Assembly: GCA_030642405.1 (NCBI GenBank)
Contig: DAOWNV010000001.1
Span: 1 to 33,583, forward strand
Source: Desulfosarcina sp.
GTDB lineage: Bacteria > Desulfobacterota > Desulfobacteria > Desulfobacterales > Desulfosarcinaceae
Length of the DNA: 33,583 bases
Direction of reading: 5' to 3'
Part shown: piece after piece, positions 29,165 to 33,583 of the stretch
How the letters are laid out: every line of letters starts with the position of its first letter
Numbering within the stretch: position 1 is the stretch's first letter
Made by a program: the position numbers and the translations under genes
The notes under the pieces: generated by a model
What the model was told of the DNA's origin: nothing
The model's database searches: none
The model's input: only the letters and a program-made list of their open reading frames with translations

Positions 29165-29893
29165 CTAATCCATTGTGAACTGAAGAATCATCCCACAAAT
29201 TTCTATTTTGTCCATATCCTTCAGCCGTACCGGCATTCGGACTGCTTTCCCGTTCACTTTTGGTTTCACCCAACCCCTACCGCTATTGACATAGTAGTGC
29301 TGAGGCGTTTTGCTGATGGTGACGGCGGGATCTCCTGATAGGAAAGAAAAAAAACCTTTAACAATAATATCGCATCGTTTTGTCCTGCCGATGGTCACTA
29401 AGCTTTGGGTCAGTTTGATTTTTCCGTTTCCACCTGCCAAAAAAACCACATGGGCCTGTGGTTCGGCGATCGTCGGCACGTCTTCACTTTCAGCCAACAT
29501 CTTCCTATAAAGCTCAGACTCCATGAACATGGTATGTTTCGGTCCCGGATCACCGGGCATGGCTGAAGTCTTCAACCCTCCCCTGCCAAATGGGTCAGCT
29601 CTTCCCCGATCTAAAAAAACAAGGACGTGATTACCGATGGTTATGACGTCCCCGTTTTTTAAAACAGCTTTTTTAATCGGTGTGCCATTTACGAATGTGC
29701 CGTTTTTGCTTCCCGTATCTTTTAAATGGTATCTGTTGCCCTCTTTTTTTATGACAGCGTGGTTCTCGGAAACGGCATAGTTGTCGATTACCAGATTATG
29801 ACGGCTGTTTCTCCCTATGGAAACCGTTTCTATCTGATCCAGGGATAATTCCTTAATCCTGCGATCCTTGAATTTTACAAGCAATCTAACCAT
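29165..29893 (-). CDS. tandem FHA-domain protein
   Basis: FHA1 has IGR, VSENHA and SKNGTFVNG. A second, degenerate FHA has TIGR...KVNG...LKDMDKIEI. Confidence 0.9.
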   Translation of the reverse strand: MVRLLVKFKDRRIKELSLDQIETVSIGRNSRHNLVIDNYAVSENHAVIKKEGNRYHLKDTGSKNGTFVNGTPIKKAVLKNGDVITIGNHVLVFLDRGRADPFGRGGLKTSAMPGDPGPKHTMFMESELYRKMLAESEDVPTIAEPQAHVVFLAGGNGKIKLTQSLVTIGRTKRCDIIVKGFFSFLSGDPAVTISKTPQHYYVNSGRGWVKPKVNGKAVRMPVRLKDMDKIEICGMILQFTMD

Positions 29894-29911
29894 CTATCCG
29901 CCGTCTTGCCC

Positions 29912-30763
29912 CTAAGTTGAGCGTTTTCCACCAAGACATGATCCGATCCATATTGGAAGGGCTAACAACCGACCCAGCAGCCCTTTCGTTGGTTTTACGC
30001 CTTCAGAAAGAATTTTAACCACAATCACGGTTACGTTATCCTCACCGCCCCTTTCGATGGCCAAATCCGTAAGGTTCTTGCAGGCAGTTTCAGCATCGCT
30101 TTTGACCACCAAAGCCCCGACTTCTTCTTTGGTAACCTTTCCGCTAAGCCCGTCACTGCACAAGACGATGATATCGTCTTTGAAACAGGGCGTTTTCACA
30201 TGGTCGATGCGCAGGTGCTGATGAATCCCAACGGCTCTGGTAAGAATATGGGCCATTTTGCTTGGAGAAAACCGGCCTTCCATTGATTTCGGAATCTTTT
30301 TTCGTTCGTGGAGTAATGTATGTGGTGTATAAAGTGTTTCGATTTCACCGTTTCTCAACAAATAGATGGGACTGTCTCCCACATTGGCTGTGATAATGAA
30401 ATTATCGGAAAGGAAAAGTGCTGAGACCGTAGTCCCCATCCCCCGGCAAGATTCATCTTTAACGGAAAGTGTATAAATTTTCTTATTCGCCAGGTGGATA
30501 CCCTTAAGAAGGTGGTTGATATCCTCTGCTCGGGAATCTTCAGCTTTGGATGTGTCGGGTTTTAAGGCTGGGCTGCACGTAGCTTCCATACATGTACCCA
30601 TGGTTTTTGTAGCAAGACGACTGGCCACGGCACCACCGCGATGACCACCCATACCGTCCGCCACAACGAACAATCCGATTGATTCGTTGATAAGAAAACT
30701 GTCTTCATTTGCTTTGCGCACTTTTCCGATATCACTGTAACCTGCGGATTGAACTCTTATCAT
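29912..30763 (-). CDS. PP2C-family (Stp1/PrpC) Ser/Thr protein phosphatase
   Basis: GKVRKANED, VADGMGGH, GMGTT, NVGDS, LTRAVG, CSDGL and GGEDNVT. Confidence 0.93.
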   Translation of the reverse strand: MIRVQSAGYSDIGKVRKANEDSFLINESIGLFVVADGMGGHRGGAVASRLATKTMGTCMEATCSPALKPDTSKAEDSRAEDINHLLKGIHLANKKIYTLSVKDESCRGMGTTVSALFLSDNFIITANVGDSPIYLLRNGEIETLYTPHTLLHERKKIPKSMEGRFSPSKMAHILTRAVGIHQHLRIDHVKTPCFKDDIIVLCSDGLSGKVTKEEVGALVVKSDAETACKNLTDLAIERGGEDNVTVIVVKILSEGVKPTKGLLGRLLALPIWIGSCLGGKRST

Positions 30764-30880
30764 GTATCGACCCCTTTTTCTTCTAAAAACAATAAATTGG
30801 ATAGGCTGTCAAGTAAAACAGCCGCATTTTCGTTGTATTCAAATACCAAAAAAAGGGGGGGGGTGGGTGATGCAAAGGAG

Positions 30881-31648
30881 TCAAATCACACTAACCTCTA
30901 CCTTTTTTACCCAGCCGATTTTATCTTTGGTATAGCGAATGAGCAAGTGGGTAGCGGATTGGCGTTCTACGCGAACCTTGGTGCCGGCGTGGAGGATAAA
31001 CAGCTCGGTGGCTGAATCGGTAAGACCGGAGCGGACAGCAACTTTCTCAAGTAATACGACTGCATGGTTGATCCGTTTGGCTTCAAAATAGTTGTATGCG
31101 GATGTGAAGGTAAAAATAAGCGTTAACACCGCGGCCACGATAATACTGGGTCGTAAAAGGCGTTTTTTCCTGATCACCAGAACGGAAAGAGCAATCCAAA
31201 CAGATGCATTGAGAAAAATAGCCCCCCAGCAGACAATGGGTGCACTCAATCGGTATTTCCAGAAAAACAGGATACGGAGCAGGGGCGATCGGTCGTCAAC
31301 TCTCTCATCGCGGGTAAGGGTCAGTGCGTAGTCGTAATTGAATCGCAGATCCGGGTCGTCTGGAATATGCTTTAACGCTCGCTCATACCACAAAAGGGCT
31401 TGGCCAAGGTCATCGTTTTTCAAATACGCGTTTCCCAGATTGTAAAAGAGAGAGCCGTTCTCTAACCCGCGATCAGCTACGTGTTCAAAAGCCTCAATGG
31501 CGGTCTGCCAATTACCATTTTCATAAGCTTTTGTACCCTCCATAAAGATTCGGGCGGTTTCCGATGCCGAGGCCTGGATGCCCGGGCTAAAAACCAGAAA
31601 TAACCCCATCATTGCAATGACAATTGTTTGTATGGCAGTTCGTTTCAT
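30881..31648 (-). CDS. batE: BatE-like TPR + TM + SH3-like protein
   Basis: Signal peptide, TPR (YNLGNAY...YERAL..PDDPDLRFN), two TM helices and an SH3b-like end (LHAGTKV...GWV). Overlaps the batD stop. Confidence 0.8.
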   Translation of the reverse strand: MKRTAIQTIVIAMMGLFLVFSPGIQASASETARIFMEGTKAYENGNWQTAIEAFEHVADRGLENGSLFYNLGNAYLKNDDLGQALLWYERALKHIPDDPDLRFNYDYALTLTRDERVDDRSPLLRILFFWKYRLSAPIVCWGAIFLNASVWIALSVLVIRKKRLLRPSIIVAAVLTLIFTFTSAYNYFEAKRINHAVVLLEKVAVRSGLTDSATELFILHAGTKVRVERQSATHLLIRYTKDKIGWVKKVEVSVI

Positions 31649-33381
31649 CGCGTAAGCTTTCGTACTGCTTTCCGGGTCCGGCCCAAAAGTGCCTCCCGCT
31701 TTTCACCGTCCAGGGTGCCTCCGGAGTAATTGAATGATTCGATGCGTTCCAGCAGATTCGCTGTGTCGGCAGCATCTTCAGTTGTCCATCCGAGCTCGAC
31801 AAGCTGTATTTTTGCTTCTGACCAGGTCAAAGAGGTACCCGCCACACCCTTTTTGCTGTAAACGGCTGAAACCAACGCCCGGTAGAGGGCCGAAAGAAAC
31901 TCAGTGTCGGTGGCATCAGGAGCCATGGCCGTTTTCAGTGCCTGTTTGGCCTTGTCGGCCATTACCTTGACCGGAGAATCATCTTTTCGGTTGAGTTTCA
32001 ACACGGCTGTAGTTGTGAAAAAACCCATAATAGGAAGCAGTAACAATAGACCAAACCACCAAACAGACAGGGTCCGTTGAGGCTTAATCGCCGCAAGACC
32101 TGTTTTCAGCGGCAGAATGTCCCGACCGGTAAATTCCACCCGCTTTTTTGCCGAGAGAATCTGCAAAGGCGTGGCACGAAACACCTTTGCATCCGTGGCC
32201 GCTGTTTTTGAAGGAGATGCCGTTACATCAAACGCGGCCGTCGAGAGAATTCGATACTCACCGGCATCCACATCAAAATAGGCCAACTTGATGGGATCGA
32301 TTCGAAACTGTCCTGGTTCGACTGGAACCAGGGCCGTACGAAACGTTTTGCTGCCCGTATAGCCACCCGGACCCACTTGAATTTGCTCTTCAGGGTTGTC
32401 GGCGTACGTTTTGAAACTCTTTGGCACGGGAATCGCCGGAGCGGCGGCATCCATGATGTTGCCGTTACCGCTTACGGTTACGGCAAGGGTCGTGGAGTCA
32501 CCCACCTCGATTTTTGCCTTGTCCATGCCGGCATCGATTTCGAAACGTCCCACCAGTCCCGTATACGGTGCTCCCGGTGGTTTTGGTGGAAGATCGTTCA
32601 CCTGAACCTCAATGGGTTCGGTTTCCAGAAGCCGGGTGGTCATTTCCGTTCGTCCGAAAAAAGAGTCCATGCCGGAAAAGGGTCGCGGCCGGTTGCTGCG
32701 ATGGACCAATCCGACATGCAGCACCGCCGGTTCGATGGTCAAAGCACCTGATTTTACGGGAACCAGAATTACGACCACCTCGCTCACCATAAACTCCTTG
32801 CCGTTAATCACGGTACGATAGGTCTTCTGGTCCTTCAGTTGCTTTGCACTGAAACCGCTAAATTCAGGAGGTTGAAACTTTGCGTCCGCCACTTGGATGG
32901 CGTTGAAAAGGCGGAAAGTATAGGCGAATTGCTGCCCGATCCATGGAGAAAGATTTGAAATTTCAGCTGTGACATAAACATCTCGCCGGCCGCTGTCAGC
33001 TGGTGGTTCCCTGGTAATGGATAGACTAATAGGAATCGTATGGTGAACCTTCCCATCGATGGTCACCGGGATAGCCGGAAGGGTCAGGCGGCCTGCTTGT
33101 AGAGGAATGATAATGTAATTATAGATCTTCTGCCGGGATGTCCTGCCATTGATCATCTGAAAATTGCTGCTGGTACCTCGGGAGATGATCTTGAAATCCG
33201 TCAGTCCACTAAGATCGATCTTTCCATCACCGCCTTCCATGACGAGTTGAAGAGAGATGGATTCTCCAACCATGGCCTGGTTGCGATCCACCACGGCGCG
33301 CACGGTGGCAGCTTCTGCTAATGCCGCCGTCACCAACAATAAAACTATTAAATAAACAATATTTTGTGCCGCGTTAATCAC
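31645..33381 (-). CDS. batD: BatD family protein
   Basis: Signal peptide, VDRNQ..GE, SSNFQMING, GLVGRF, VSGNGN and YFD motifs, plus a late TM helix. Bat operon context. Confidence 0.85.
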   Translation of the reverse strand: MINAAQNIVYLIVLLLVTAALAEAATVRAVVDRNQAMVGESISLQLVMEGGDGKIDLSGLTDFKIISRGTSSNFQMINGRTSRQKIYNYIIIPLQAGRLTLPAIPVTIDGKVHHTIPISLSITREPPADSGRRDVYVTAEISNLSPWIGQQFAYTFRLFNAIQVADAKFQPPEFSGFSAKQLKDQKTYRTVINGKEFMVSEVVVILVPVKSGALTIEPAVLHVGLVHRSNRPRPFSGMDSFFGRTEMTTRLLETEPIEVQVNDLPPKPPGAPYTGLVGRFEIDAGMDKAKIEVGDSTTLAVTVSGNGNIMDAAAPAIPVPKSFKTYADNPEEQIQVGPGGYTGSKTFRTALVPVEPGQFRIDPIKLAYFDVDAGEYRILSTAAFDVTASPSKTAATDAKVFRATPLQILSAKKRVEFTGRDILPLKTGLAAIKPQRTLSVWWFGLLLLLPIMGFFTTTAVLKLNRKDDSPVKVMADKAKQALKTAMAPDATDTEFLSALYRALVSAVYSKKGVAGTSLTWSEAKIQLVELGWTTEDAADTANLLERIESFNYSGGTLDGEKREALLGRTRKAVRKLTR

Positions 33382-33436
33382 TTTTGTTACACCGCCACCA
33401 TGCTGTGATGAGCCTTCATTTTTGTTACAAAGCCGC

Positions 33437-33583
33437 CTACCAGTCTTTGTCCACCCTCCGCTTCCCAGTACTCGGCATCAGCGCCCGTCCCGGGTGGTCC
33501 TCCAATCGGTTCAACATCCGTTCGGCCTGCCCTTGGTCATCTTCCGGCACCTCCCCCCGGGATGCAGTGGACTGAGCTTTTGC
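33437..33583 (-). CDS. C-terminus of a BatB/BatC-like TPR protein; 5'-truncated by the window
   Basis: Open frame ...QAERMLNRLEDHPGRALMPSTGKRRVDKDW*, with the typical 'AE..L..L.D.P...KDW' ending upstream of batD. Confidence 0.75.
   Translation of the reverse strand, partial: AKAQSTASRGEVPEDDQGQAERMLNRLEDHPGRALMPSTGKRRVDKDW

Overview
A gene-dense, mostly core-genome window. The gene content (glnD/amtB/P-II/glnA cluster, sirC-ccsA-hemA, split ATP synthase, Bat proteins, PP2C-FHA-kinase) suggests a sulfate-reducing Desulfobacterota, probably Desulfobacterales; this is inferred, not searched. In order: the end of a receiver-domain gene, a gamma-carbonic-anhydrase-like gene, trmO/tsaA and a 50-aa membrane ORF missing from the ORF track. 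Next is a nitrogen-assimilation cluster of two units (glnK-amtB and glnD-amtB-glnB-glnA), each with a near-perfect sigma-54 promoter and a shared upstream palindrome. Then come mce, a CoA-transferase and tag; an orphan CI/LexA-like repressor with a small membrane ORF and a probable TAXI gene remnant; and a housekeeping run (MBL hydrolase, sirC, ccsA, hemA, fabD, dksA, PHP, rnc, radical SAM). The window ends with an Fo-only ATP synthase operon, a PP2C / double-FHA / atypical membrane kinase unit and Bat genes. The most striking element is the Fo operon. It pairs an 82-aa Na+-type c subunit with a 324-aa c subunit made of four fused hairpins, of which the two inner ones have Gln in place of the essential Glu, and no F1 genes follow. 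No rRNA, tRNA, CRISPR array or transposase was recognised.
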